Of a DNA stretch of 64,000 nucleotides, positions 19,673 through 31,854 are shown in pieces. Within the stretch, counting starts at the first letter, position 1; every line of letters starts with the position of its first letter. This DNA is from a virus. The translations under genes and the position numbers were made by a program. Location: IMG/VR virus record IMGVR_UViG_3300049436_000052, positions 201,433-265,432 of that record. The stretch is one strand, 5' to 3'. The notes beneath the pieces were generated by a model. It worked only from the letters and a program-made list of their open reading frames with translations. It ran no database searches and had not been told where the DNA came from.

Positions 19673-21778
19673 TTAAAATTTTATTTTTAATATTCTTTTA
19701 AAACTACCACTTAATTTTACGATTAATTCATCATGAACGGTTGCATTATATCCTAAACCCGATAATTGTTTATTAGTAGTTGGAATCATATTTGTTGTTC
19801 CCAAAACTTCCATTACTTTTCTATGTTGTAAAAGATCAGATATCAAGTTTTCGTTATGAAAACTTCTTATACTGGTTGGAGATTTACATTTTTCCAACAT
19901 AAAGAAATAATGCTTATTCCCAACATTGTTATCATTCCAATGATTAGGAGATAAACAAATAAGATTTACTTTATGAAATTCATTTGTTTCTAATCCATAA
20001 ATTTCTTTGGATGAATCAATTTCTGGTAAATGGTGTTCAATACTAAATTCACCATTTTTTAAAGTGACAGTCGCAATTGGAGTATCTTTTAAGATATTCC
20101 CCAAACATTCATAATGGTAAATTTCACCATTAAACTCTACTTCTGCCTCAAAACCTGTGTTGTTTCCACCATCAAAATTTCTATTAAAGAATTTATATTC
20201 CCCAGATTTCATTTTAGACAAATCTATCCAAGTAATATTTTCAACACCTATACTAGCAGGACGGATCATATCTACATCTAAAAATCCAGACATGGTTGTT
20301 TTGTTATTCATTCCTTTGTATGAACCATAATAAATCTCAGTTCTATTTGGCTCAATAGCATGAGCATCAAAATCACAGATACTTCTACCGTCTTTATTCC
20401 AAGCAATTGAAAAACGTAACACACCGTCTACTTTTCCACCTGCACTTTTAACCGCTTCTTTTATCTGACTCTTACCAGCCAAATTACCATTAAATGTCCA
20501 CGAATAGTTATTTGACCATTTAAATATTGGTTTGCTTTCTTTTATAGTGGCAGTAGTAAGACTTACCATATTTTTCTCATGATTATTCTTCAACAATACT
20601 TCAACTGAAGTACATGAAGGAAGTATATCTTTCATGAATTTTTCAATAGAAACTTCTTCAACACCATCAAATTCGCTTCTTTTATGTCTTGTAGAAGTAG
20701 ATTTGACATTATCAAAAATAGAAACTGTTTTAATGTCCCCTTTACCTGAATTGATATGAAGTATCTCACTAGCTTTAATATCCTCGATAGTTGCAAATCT
20801 TCTGTCAAAAGATTCAACATATCCATTTTCTTCAACAAACTTTTGTGCTTCTTCGATTTGTTTTTTAGTAATTGGAGCGATTGCCTTCATATAATTAGCA
20901 GGATCAACCATTTTATTCCACATTTGACATGCTTCATTAAGTTCTTTTCCTTCCGATAGATCGGAACATAATTTACCAATGGCTTCATTTCTAAATTTAG
21001 CAGTTTTAAGGTTGTATGAATTTACCCAACACCAACTATCTTTATTGGATTGTTTGTCATATTCCACTTTTAAGGGAATTATTTGTTCAATTTTATAAAG
21101 ATGTGTTGCACCATCTAATAATGAACCTTGGTTAATTAAATCTTTTACTAGATTTAATGTGTCTAGTGAAATTTCTACCATAGCTCTTTGAAATACGTTT
21201 TTTGCATCTCTATATTCACCCATAATAGCTTCAATAGATTTTTTAGACATATCAACAAATTCTTTCGGTATATCTAAATGAAAATGATTAAAAGTTCGAA
21301 TTTCATTTGGTTTAACCACTCCAAATTTTTCCGCCTCTTCTTTAGTATATCTCTTGTGATTCTTATCAATTCCCAATCTAAAAACAGAATTAGATTTAGA
21401 ACAAGATTCATAAGGCAACGAATTGAGTTCGTCAAACGTTTCAAAAAACACATCAACAATTTTTGAATTTTTAATTGTTTTTGATAGTATTTTTGTAACG
21501 TTTATAAATTCATCTTCTGCTTCAACATCAAACATTGAAACAATATCATAATTTTCATCCACAGAAACTATATTACCATATCTACGAATAAAATTCTTAC
21601 AATGGTTACAATTGTGAATACTTGAATCAGGATCTCTAAAAATAGGATCTTCCTCTTTTGTAAATGATTTAAGGTATAGATCCCAAATTTCTTGACCACT
21701 CATAGCCACTCTAAATAACTTACCAGATTTACACATATCGTTAAACTGGTTTTGAATTTTTTTATTTAAGTTAATCAT
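19673..21778 (-). CDS. Large conserved phage protein of unknown function (CxxC N-terminus; DUF2135/TerD-like C-terminal motifs)
   Basis: CNHCKNFIRRYG; LRFSIAWN...DFDAH...LDVD...VENITW. Confidence 0.7.
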   Translation of the reverse strand: MINLNKKIQNQFNDMCKSGKLFRVAMSGQEIWDLYLKSFTKEEDPIFRDPDSSIHNCNHCKNFIRRYGNIVSVDENYDIVSMFDVEAEDEFINVTKILSKTIKNSKIVDVFFETFDELNSLPYESCSKSNSVFRLGIDKNHKRYTKEEAEKFGVVKPNEIRTFNHFHLDIPKEFVDMSKKSIEAIMGEYRDAKNVFQRAMVEISLDTLNLVKDLINQGSLLDGATHLYKIEQIIPLKVEYDKQSNKDSWCWVNSYNLKTAKFRNEAIGKLCSDLSEGKELNEACQMWNKMVDPANYMKAIAPITKKQIEEAQKFVEENGYVESFDRRFATIEDIKASEILHINSGKGDIKTVSIFDNVKSTSTRHKRSEFDGVEEVSIEKFMKDILPSCTSVEVLLKNNHEKNMVSLTTATIKESKPIFKWSNNYSWTFNGNLAGKSQIKEAVKSAGGKVDGVLRFSIAWNKDGRSICDFDAHAIEPNRTEIYYGSYKGMNNKTTMSGFLDVDMIRPASIGVENITWIDLSKMKSGEYKFFNRNFDGGNNTGFEAEVEFNGEIYHYECLGNILKDTPIATVTLKNGEFSIEHHLPEIDSSKEIYGLETNEFHKVNLICLSPNHWNDNNVGNKHYFFMLEKCKSPTSIRSFHNENLISDLLQHRKVMEVLGTTNMIPTTNKQLSGLGYNATVHDELIVKLSGSFKRILKIKF

Positions 21779-22295
21779 ATTATTTTTTATTATTGATTAG
21801 TAGTCGAATTATTCTCTTTTCCATCTATCTTGTTCCCAAAGTTTTTTACCAGTACAGATTTTAAATAAATCTGCCTGAAAACCAAATAATGATCTTAATT
21901 CTCTATTTTGATTTTCGTTTGTCGAATTACAATCAGGAACTTTGTTTAACCATTCAGTTTTTTCTTGTTCGTAATGCATTTCTTCTTCAGAACTTGTTTC
22001 AACAGAAATAGATTGTTCTATCTTTTTATTCTTTAAAAATTTAAAAATGCTCATAATTTTAAATTTTAAAAGGTTTGTCTATTTTTTTTCATAAAACGTT
22101 CCATTGTAAATATAACCATATTTTTCACAAATTTCTTTTTCATGGTTTTTATAGTTTTCAATAGATTTAGGATTTACACTTAGCATCTTACAGAAAAACA
22201 CATAATCTTCGTAAAGATCATAAATTTTAGATATTACACTTCCCATATTTAACTAATTTTAAAATTTTGTAAATTTATATATAAAAATTTGATAA

Positions 22296-22691
22296 TTAAA
22301 ATTCGTCCATTTGTTTTATCCATCTTTTGGGTAATCTTCTAAAGCAAATTTCTTTGCCATTCTCTTGATTATCCCAAGTAGAATATTCTCTAATCTTCCA
22401 TTTATAACAATTATCACAATATTTAGATTTCTTTCTATTTGGATTAAAAATACCAATATTCTTTTTCCAAAATTTCCAAATATCTCTATGTTTACCATCA
22501 GACCACAAACAATAATTTACAAAATAATGGGTATAGTTTTTTTCTATGTAAGTTTCAACCTCATTACCATAACCCTTTATTAATAAATTACCATGAAATT
22601 TAGTGTATAAAAAAGCAAAGGTATATGCACCACCAATCCAATTTGGGTTTCCATCTGGTGATATTTCAATAATTTTCAATTCTTTTTTCAT
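22296..22691 (-). CDS. Hypothetical protein
   Basis: 131 aa ORF in co-oriented block. Confidence 0.65.
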   Translation of the reverse strand: MKKELKIIEISPDGNPNWIGGAYTFAFLYTKFHGNLLIKGYGNEVETYIEKNYTHYFVNYCLWSDGKHRDIWKFWKKNIGIFNPNRKKSKYCDNCYKWKIREYSTWDNQENGKEICFRRLPKRWIKQMDEF

Positions 22692-23149
22692 GTCAAATCG
22701 ATTAAATGATTAAACAAACTATATAGGAACATAGATTTATGTGATTGTTATGCTTTCAGATAAATCAACATCTATGTCCCATTCGGGATTATTATGCATC
22801 TATATCAATCCACATATAGTTTGTTTTTTTAATTAATTCTCAGTTTAATATCTTTGTTTGCAATTTTTTCTTGTTCAAAATGTTTGCTAATGTTTTTTAG
22901 ATTATTGTTAGTTTTTTCAAACGTTTTGGATTGTTCTTTTATAGATTCAGTTAGTTTATTTATTGAATCTACTAATTTTTGATAATTCGTTTTCATAATT
23001 TATGAGTATTATGTTTATAAACATTAATGGTATTAATATTATAGGAAATATATTAAACCCTATCCTTATTAAACTTTCTATACAGACCATAATCATAAGA
23101 AAGTTATTTGTTGTTAAAAATGTTTTCATTTATTGTGTTTAAAAATTTT

Positions 23150-24170
23150 ATAAATCTAATACATAAGAAAATAAATTTAAATTAAACAACCAATCCCCCA
23201 AACATTACACATTATCTATCCAAGTGCCTCAAAGGTTAATCTACTTCCTTGGTAATTGTAACTATCTTTTATTTATTCACAGTGTTGACCATACTACTGA
23301 CTGGAACTAGTCGTTTAAATTTAAAAGATTTGATAATTTTTGATAGTACGTTTCAAGCACAAGTGCATTGTTACTACTTCCTATAAGCAATTTCGTCTTA
23401 CACGCCTTTCGGCACTAGATCCTAAGCTAGAATGTATTTAGTAAAAAGATTGGAGTATCCTTTCAACTCTCTCTGTTTATACATGTATGTACCTTTATAC
23501 CAATAAGAATTAAACAACAATATTGACTAAATAATATTGGGTGTTAAACAGAGATTATGCTGTATATCTGATGTTACAATATTATTTAGTTACCAAATCT
23601 TTATATTTTCAAAGAACTTTTAATTTAAAAAAATGTGGAGTATTATCTTATCCACTTACCAGACTCTTAACTGAATTATCAAGTTCATCACATGAGCTTG
23701 CAACCTTACAAGTTAAAAAATCTTTTTGTACCTGGCAAAGTATTAATCTCTTTTACTTGTCTCTAGTCTTATCTCATACCGTCTTAAACTTTCTTTAGAA
23801 ATTAACTTAATTCACAAACTGATTTGCCAAATCATATTTACCCTTCAACTCATATTTATGGTATTTATTAGGGCTGTTTCTTTCAACACTCATATTGTTT
23901 GCTTCATTAAGCAAAAAGATTTTATAGGTGGAGAGTTTTGTCTGCTTACATGACTCATGACGAATTTTCACATTGCAATCACTTCTCTTTAATCGTTACC
24001 TAGTATTAATTAACTTGAGTCTAATCTATGATTACGTTATAAGCAACTCTCCATATATTTTCAAAAAAATCATTAGACTTAGATTTGATGTACTCATCAT
24101 TACAATTCCACATATTTAAGGAATAAACGACCAGGTTCATCTAATGATTTATATTTTCAAAGAACTTTTA
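23150..24170 (-). ncRNA. Putative structured non-coding transcript / RNA module array
   Basis: About 1 kb with no credible ORF downstream of promoter 24180-24231; GTTCTTTGAAAA boxA-like copies and several stem-closed modules. Confidence 0.5.
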
Positions 24171-24179
24171 ATTATTATA

Positions 24180-24231
24180 TTATACGAATTTTTTAAAAAA
24201 AGGTTTCAAGAATAGTGTTAATAAACGTTAA
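24180..24231 (-). promoter_or_regulatory. ECF-type phage promoter
   Basis: Full motif on minus strand. Confidence 0.85.
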
Positions 24232-24721
24232 TTAATAACAATGCTTGAAACAATCCTTCTTCCAAAACATTTCCGAAACTAATTCCACTTATATCATTTT
24301 CATTTAAACAATTATAGGAATAACCATTTTCTATTTTATAAAGATTGGCATCGTACCAAATCTTGTCTTCATCATGTCCTAACGTTATTTCAATATGAAT
24401 TTTATGAACATCTCTCAAAAACTTTTGTAATAATGATTGTGTTGGTAGTGGAAATTTAACAATATTCTTTTTATCGCCATAATTTTCTCTATCGTTCATT
24501 GCATCTTCTTTTGTAGAATATATTTCCTCACCAAGTTCAATCATCTCCAACCATCTGCTAATATCGTTTTCACTAACAATATTCAATTCTTTAGTAAAAT
24601 AAATACACTCCCAATCAATTAACACATAATTATTTAAATTGGTATAAACGTTACATGACCAATCAAATCCTTTATCTTTGGCTAAATGTGATGTTTTTTC
24701 TGATATTCTTTGATCTTTCAT
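24218..24721 (-). CDS. Conserved Bacteroidota-phage hypothetical protein
   Basis: LAKDKGF...PTQSLLQKFLRDVHKIHIEI...LEEGLFQAL. Confidence 0.7.
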   Translation of the reverse strand: MKDQRISEKTSHLAKDKGFDWSCNVYTNLNNYVLIDWECIYFTKELNIVSENDISRWLEMIELGEEIYSTKEDAMNDRENYGDKKNIVKFPLPTQSLLQKFLRDVHKIHIEITLGHDEDKIWYDANLYKIENGYSYNCLNENDISGISFGNVLEEGLFQALLLINVY

Positions 24722-25403
24722 TATTTATATTTTTTTAATAAATCTCTAACTTTTTTATGATGTTGTTGTCCATTATAGAAAGAAACACTTCTACTTGGAA
24801 TTACTCCGAAATTACCTTTTTGATTTAACATTTTATTTGCAAGATTTAAAGCATCTTGTAAGAAAATAATTTTTTCAGCTAATTCATATTCTAAACTATT
24901 TCTATCAAAGTTATTATCAATTGGTTGTTCAGTTACTTCATTTCCATCCCAATCAAATATTTTATATAATTCACCACTTAATTCTTCATCTGTATTCATT
25001 TTTATAATAACCCACCACCATTGAAAAGATCTTTTTTCGAAATCTTTATTGTTGTTTATCCATTTAATAACGCTTTTTATCGATAAACTAATAAAACAAT
25101 TAAGAATTTCGATATTGGTATTACCTTTTCGCATTTCAACTATGAATAGTTCCATAAAAATGTTTTTTATTATATCTAAAAACGTATAAATTACTGATTA
25201 AATTAGTTTTTAGATTAGAATGCATATAATTAAATATTATTATTTAAATTTTCTAAATATTTTTTTTAAAGATGACAATTTAGTTTTATTAAACGCTTCT
25301 TCTTCTTGAAGTAGAAATACTGAAAAACCCTCAACAACATACCTTAAATTAAAATCCCTGTCAGCTTCAGAAAAAAAATTCGCCTAATATATATCTAACA
25401 TGA

Positions 25404-26024
25404 CTAATTGGAAATATAAGCATTCTCTATTTTTAATACATTCCAAATTATTTGTCTAATTTCAGGTAGTCTTTCTTTTTCAAATTCAGGATGCTCTTTG
25501 TACCATCTAATATTCAAAGGAGATGGATGAGGAAGTACAATTGTGAGTATATCATTTAGAGTATTGTTTTTGAAAATCAATTTATTGTAGTCCTCATTAG
25601 GAAATAAAAAATTTGCAGCTTTCCCTCCAATTATAATAAATAATTCGTTTTTTACAATTTCAATTTCTTTTTTAAGCCATTGTTTTGCACAACTTATTGG
25701 TGGCAAATTATCACCACCTTTAGAGTTTTTGCCAGGGAAACAATGAGAGAGCGCAGAAATATAAAAATTGTCTTTAGAATAAAATATGTCATCTGAAATT
25801 TGATACCATTTATATTTCAGCTTTTTACCAGTACTATCATTAAATGGTTTTTTTGTTAAGTGAACGTTTTTCGATGGTGCTTGACTAATTTGGAAGATCT
25901 TAGAATATTTATTACCATGTATTATTGGTATAGGTTTAAATCCAAATTTAGTTTCGCAATCATTGCATCTTAAAATTCCTTCTTTTAATCGTTCAAAATC
26001 TAAAAATTTAATTTCCATTTTCAT
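25404..26024 (-). CDS. Uracil-DNA glycosylase superfamily protein
   Basis: CxxC, ISQAPS, CFPG, DNLPP, LPHPSPLN motifs. Confidence 0.85.
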   Translation of the reverse strand: MKMEIKFLDFERLKEGILRCNDCETKFGFKPIPIIHGNKYSKIFQISQAPSKNVHLTKKPFNDSTGKKLKYKWYQISDDIFYSKDNFYISALSHCFPGKNSKGGDNLPPISCAKQWLKKEIEIVKNELFIIIGGKAANFLFPNEDYNKLIFKNNTLNDILTIVLPHPSPLNIRWYKEHPEFEKERLPEIRQIIWNVLKIENAYISN

Positions 26025-28351
26025 TAATTTTATTAATTATTAATTCAGATATTTGTTCACAAATTTCATCATTATTTTTATTATCGTCAATTTGAATTAG
26101 TTCCCTTTTGTTAACATAGTACAAATAACTTTTTCTTATTTTATTCAGTTGTTCAAGACTTTACAATTAACATGTTTCATGATAATTACTCCTCATTTAA
26201 GAAATCATATAAAGAAAGCTTATTTGGTTTTATATACGATGAAAACATTTTACAAAATGACGATATAAAGCAATTCTTTGGCATATCTTCACCACATATT
26301 TGTTTCAATTTAGTTACTGCATTTTCAGCATCAGCAACATCTTTAATTTTGTCAGATGTAAATTGATTGGTATCAATAACATAGCCAATTAATTTCTCAT
26401 ATTTTTCTTTCATGATAATTATTTTTATGATCCAATATCAAAAGGACTTCTATGATTTCCGATTCTTGGTGAATTTCTCATTGTTCGTTCGAAGAAAGTT
26501 TCATCTTCGATACAATCAATACATCTTCCATCACCAAGTAAAATTTCGTAAGAATATTCACCACAACATGGGCATTTCCCGTTTGTTAGATCATAATGTG
26601 AATATGTAGTTTCAATTTTCATAGCATTTATATTTTACCTAATTTAACATCACTTTCAGTTTGTTTAGTGTAATATTCGTCTCGATTTAAATTAATGATT
26701 ATTCCATCTTCAATCTTATCAATTCTTTTTTGGGATAAACCAGAAACATCAGTTCTTTTTATAACAGTGTTATCTTCCCATTTAAGAACTTCAATGTATG
26801 TAAATTTATTATTCATGTTTATTTTTTAAAGTGAATATTTGTGTTATTTTTTATAGATTGAAGAAATGCTGAATAGTGAGAATATTCATATTCTTTAATA
26901 CGGGAATGAAAATACCATTTTTCAAAACATTTAGGACATTCAATCACAATCATATTTCCATAATTTGAATCAGCGAATCCAATAGAATTATTGTGTAAAC
27001 TATCTGGTTCAAAATAACAAAATGGACAGTAGTAAACACCTTTGTGATATTTCCCAGTTAAATTAATTTTATATTCTATATCAATTTCCATGAAAGATAT
27101 TATCTAAATAATTGATTTCTATTATTAATTTTTTTATATTCTTTTTTAAAAAGACCAGCATATACAACAACGTTTCCATATAAGGGTAAAAGATTATCAA
27201 CATTTTCATAATGTGCTGAATCTAATTCCAATACGTTTGTAAATTCATTTTTATGTATTCTAAAGGCATAACCATTAGCGAAACTTTCTGCTTGATATAA
27301 ACCTTCTTGCTCAAATATTTGTTCAAATTTCATATAGAATATTTTTAATTGGTTTCTATATTATTATACGCAAAATTAAACAAAATGTTTCGAATATAAC
27401 TAAAAATTTTCATTTAATTAACATCTTTTAATAAAAAATCCCGAAAACAAATAATATTCTCAGGATTTTTTCAACTAATCTATTTGAGGTATTTATTTGA
27501 TATGCATAATTTCAAATTCTTCTATCATCGGATTACCACTTCCAACAACAACACTATTAAACGGTTTTAGCCAGTTAATAATATTTTCTTCATTATCTTC
27601 AACAAAGCAATGTAATCCGCTTTCAATACGATCTGTAAAAATAACCTTCAATTCACCAAAATCTGCAACAATTTTACATGTTTCGGGTTTTGTTTGATAA
27701 ATTTCTTGAGTAAGTAGTAAATGTAATTGCATCTTATTTTAATTTAATTGTTTTTACATAAAATTTTGATTACCATATTCATCTACAGTTCCAATAAATA
27801 ACATTTGTAGCTTAAAATCAAGATCTTTTGTTGTTTCATCGGATACATCAAATTCTTCCCAACCATTCATTTTAATAATCTGAAGAATTGCCATTTGTTC
27901 TTTATCGTTTTGTAATTGTTTTTGAAGATATTTGATATCGTTTTCTTTTCTTATGATATTCTTTAAAAACAAATCTTCAATTTGATAATGTTTTCATGAT
28001 GTTTTACCAATGCTAGTGATAAAAAATCCCTAATTTCTTTTTTATCTAAACCTGTGTGAATTTCACTATTTTTCATATATTATAAATAAAAATTAAATAA
28101 CACTATTATGTTCTTTGTACAGCTACATGGTAAATGGTAATCATTGTTATGTATAAATTCTCTATATATAAGCCACTTAAATACTACAAAATGCCAAAGA
28201 TGTATATTAATAGGTGTGTGGTATATAAATATATGTCCCCTTCTATTATCAGTTACTTTAATCATATCAATCTATTTTAATTTTTAACAATGTATTCTTT
28301 GATCACATTGAGTTTCTAATGAATCTCCTCAATATACATATCCTTCATTTG

Positions 28352-28732
28352 TCATAATTTATCCTCTTTAATCCCAGCAGCAATCCTAAGTGTTGTTTCA
28401 ACATCCACAAATCCATTATCATCAGTTTGATCGTTCCAATATTTTAAAGCCTTTTCATATCTTTCTTCAGCATTTTTTTGCCCCATACTATGTAAAAATT
28501 GTTCAGATATCTTAGTTGAATTCTTCACAAATTCATCAGTAGCTTCTTTAATAAAATCATTTAAATTGATTTCTTCCCACCAATATTCAACATTTTTAAA
28601 TTTGTTAACATAATGTGGCATATTGGGAATAAAATAAAGAGTAATTTCATTAGAATCAGTGCTTCTTTTGCAATGATAAGTTCCCTTTTTAGTAGGAAAT
28701 CTATCATAAACTTTTATTAATATTGTTTTCAT
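28352..28732 (-). CDS. Hypothetical protein, N-terminus shared with 45070..45447
   Basis: DRFPTKKGTY...VEYWWEEI vs ERLPTKEGIY...VEYWYEEI. Confidence 0.65.
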   Translation of the reverse strand: MKTILIKVYDRFPTKKGTYHCKRSTDSNEITLYFIPNMPHYVNKFKNVEYWWEEINLNDFIKEATDEFVKNSTKISEQFLHSMGQKNAEERYEKALKYWNDQTDDNGFVDVETTLRIAAGIKEDKL

Positions 28733-29054
28733 GTTCTATATTTTAATAAGATTTAATCGTTCCTTTATTAATCTGAATTTTCTTTTCAAATATGAATACC
28801 ATTCTTCATATTTATCTGATTTCTTATAGTAGATTCTATCATCATTCTCTGAATCATACAATGGACATTCTAATTTAAAATCGTTATGATTAATATTAAT
28901 AGAAATGAAGAAATAGTAACTGGCTATAGTAATACTTAATAAATCACAATGATTTTGCCATCCCACTTTATCATACATTTCATTGTTAATTTTTTGAACC
29001 GCTTTTAGAGCCCCCAATTGGTTTTCTGAAAGATAATCTTTTGTTTTAGGCATT

Positions 29055-29834
29055 TTATTTCTTTTTGAAATCATTAAACCATTTCTCAATAAGTGAATTA
29101 ATTTTCATCAATTCGCCAATCATTTCTAATTTATTTCCAGTAATTTCTTTTGATATGTGTTCTCCAAAATTACACATCATTTTTAATGAAATTGTTTTAA
29201 GTTCTTCTTCAGAATACGTTTTAGTTTTAGCAAATTCATATCCAGCAATAAATCCTTGATATTTTTCAACCCATTTTTGATTTATGCTTCCATCTAAACT
29301 ATGTTTATTGTAAAATTCAGAAGCACATTCATTAGCAGCTCCTTCTACAGTTTCTATATTGTTGTCTAAAGAAATATTGCTAATAGGCTTTACAATCACC
29401 AAATCATAAAAAGGATTATCAACAGATGATTTATATTCAACATCAATCTCACATTCGACCAATTCCAGACAGTCTTCAACATTTAATATTGTTGGAAGTA
29501 TTTCTTTATACATTTCATTGGTTGTTGCAATCACTTTCAAACATTTATGATTACAACCACCTTCACCAACTAAACCTACTTTATGATCGTAAGGATCATA
29601 AACCAATCCATTATGTTCTAATTTGTCATTGGTAACATAAAGATTTAATTTTTGACAATGTCTTCTGTGATCGCAATTAGGTTCTAATGAATCTCCCCAA
29701 AATATATATTCATCGCCCGCAGTATGATCTATTTCTGTGCAAATTTTTATAATAGCATTGCTTTTATAATTTGCTTTGAACAAATCCCCTACTTTAATTG
29801 GTGTGTTGTCGATAACTGCTATTAATTTTTTCAT
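29055..29834 (-). CDS. Phage hypothetical protein (KVIATT family)
   Basis: Paralog of 18057..18839. Confidence 0.7.
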   Translation of the reverse strand: MKKLIAVIDNTPIKVGDLFKANYKSNAIIKICTEIDHTAGDEYIFWGDSLEPNCDHRRHCQKLNLYVTNDKLEHNGLVYDPYDHKVGLVGEGGCNHKCLKVIATTNEMYKEILPTILNVEDCLELVECEIDVEYKSSVDNPFYDLVIVKPISNISLDNNIETVEGAANECASEFYNKHSLDGSINQKWVEKYQGFIAGYEFAKTKTYSEEELKTISLKMMCNFGEHISKEITGNKLEMIGELMKINSLIEKWFNDFKKK

Positions 29835-30447
29835 GATATTAAGTTTTATTATTTATTGTTCCAATATTTATTTGCTCCAAATTTTGTAAATCCAATCATG
29901 TTCATCCAAATCGATTTGGGTTCTGGTTCAGATAGAGTCGAAATTTTTTTATATTGTTGAGTTTTTCCACAACATTTACAAATTCTAACATCAGTTCTTT
30001 CACTATAATAATCTGAACTTGTGAAAAAATATTTCCAATTATGTCCAAAGAATTTACATATTATTTTTTTCATTTCAATGAATTTAAATAGATTCTAAAT
30101 ATTTTAAAATTTTATCTTTTTCTTCATCATTAAGATAATATTCATGCAAATCTTCATAATACCTAAATCAAGAAGCATTTTTTATTTAAAACTTACTGAA
30201 CCATATTTTTTTAATTCTTCTCCATAGTTCAATATCATTTTATAGGCACTATAATGATCAGCAGAATCATCATTATAATAATAAAATTCGTTTAAAAACA
30301 TCTCATATACTATTAATTCAACAATTCTTGGAAGTGGATAATTTAGAATTATTTTTTCGTAATTAGCCTTTAGTCCATACAAATCAGCTATCAATAGTAT
30401 TGAATCTTGAACTTCTTTTTGTGTGTTTTTCATGATAATAAATTTTA

Positions 30448-31854
30448 TTATATATTAATTATACGAAAAATTTTTAGAAAGGTTTCCAATTTTCTGTTAA
30501 TATATGTTAAAATTTCTATTTTTTTCCTTTTTCTCAATAAAATTCTGATAATCCTTTCTTTCTTATAACCATCCATTTGAAGTTCGAAAGCAAACTTTAA
30601 ATACTTTCCTAGTTCAATACCTGGTTTCCACCCAAGATCGATTAACTCTTTTCCATTTACAATTGGTTTAATAACATCACCAAATTTTTTAAAATACTTT
30701 AGTGATAATTCAGATGGCAGATGTTCATTATCTAAAGATCTGTCAGTCCTACCATTAGAATCTGCTTTGGATAGCCAACCTAAAACATCTAAACGATATT
30801 TATTATGTAGTCTTTTCCAAGCTGAAATATTTGCTTTACCTATTGTTAATTGACCAACTCGCATATGCAATCCAACCAGTTTCTTTACATTATCGATCAA
30901 ACTAATTTCATTGGTGATCCTTAACATAAAACTTTCAGCAATCTCAATTCCAGCATCATCATGTCCATAACTAGTTAAATCATTAGGATTTGTTGTAGAA
31001 GGTTTGCCAACATCATGCAATAATGCTGCAAACATATATGCCAATTGCAAATCTTCTGGAACATTATGTTTTAATATTGCTGCATTATCAACAACCATTA
31101 AAGTATGGATCAAAACATCGCCTTCTGGATGATGTTCAGGATTTTGTTTACAACCAATTAAATTAAATAATTCTGGAAAATGAATTAACCAATTCGAATC
31201 TTTTAGAAAATTTAAACCTAAACTTGGTTTATCGGCTTTCAATAAAAGTTTTTTAAATTCTTCGAAAATTCTTTCTTTTGGTAATGTATGATAGTCATCA
31301 ACAATCGATTGACACAACTTAATAGTTTCTGGTGCAACAGTTTTTCCTTTTCTTGGTAATAGTTGCATAATTCTTAATACTCTTAATGGATCTTCAACAA
31401 ATGTTTTGTTATTTGTTGCTCTTAAAATACCATTATTTAAATCGGATAAACCATCATAAGGATCTATGATTTCGTTTGTGTGAAGGTTTTTATACATGGC
31501 ATTTATTGTCAAATCTCTTCTTTTTCCAGCTTCTAATGGAGTTAGATTTGAATCTAAAATAACATCAAAACCTTTGTGACCTTTACCTGATTTGTTTTCT
31601 AAACGAGGAATTGACAAATCTAATTCAAGATCATCAATTTTGGTTTTTATTATACCAAATGCTTTACCAACTAGATTAACAGGTAAATTTAATTCAGTTA
31701 ATATTTCAGATAGTTTTTGATAGGAAATATTATAAACTTCAATATCCCAATCCTTAATAGGTTTGTTTTGAATTGCATCAATAACAGCACCACCTACTAA
31801 TAAAGCAGTTCCATTGTTTTCGGCTATTTTATTTATTAATAGTTGTAGGGACAT
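30448..31854 (-). CDS. cca: CCA-adding tRNA nucleotidyltransferase with HD domain
   Basis: LVGGAV.D, DWDIEV, RRDLTINAM, EDPLRVLR, ERIFEE, HPEGDV, LHDVGK. Confidence 0.9.
   Translation of the reverse strand: MSLQLLINKIAENNGTALLVGGAVIDAIQNKPIKDWDIEVYNISYQKLSEILTELNLPVNLVGKAFGIIKTKIDDLELDLSIPRLENKSGKGHKGFDVILDSNLTPLEAGKRRDLTINAMYKNLHTNEIIDPYDGLSDLNNGILRATNNKTFVEDPLRVLRIMQLLPRKGKTVAPETIKLCQSIVDDYHTLPKERIFEEFKKLLLKADKPSLGLNFLKDSNWLIHFPELFNLIGCKQNPEHHPEGDVLIHTLMVVDNAAILKHNVPEDLQLAYMFAALLHDVGKPSTTNPNDLTSYGHDDAGIEIAESFMLRITNEISLIDNVKKLVGLHMRVGQLTIGKANISAWKRLHNKYRLDVLGWLSKADSNGRTDRSLDNEHLPSELSLKYFKKFGDVIKPIVNGKELIDLGWKPGIELGKYLKFAFELQMDGYKKERIIRILLRKRKKIEILTYINRKLETFLKIFRIINI
30459..30510 (-). promoter_or_regulatory. 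ECF-type phage promoter embedded in the 3' end of cca
   Basis: TTAAC-ATATA-TTAAC-N9-GAAAC-N16-CGTATAA on minus strand. Confidence 0.8.

Noticed and set aside
23541-23798. 85-aa + strand ORF
   Set aside because: GTG start, opposite to local transcription, lies in a structured non-coding region.
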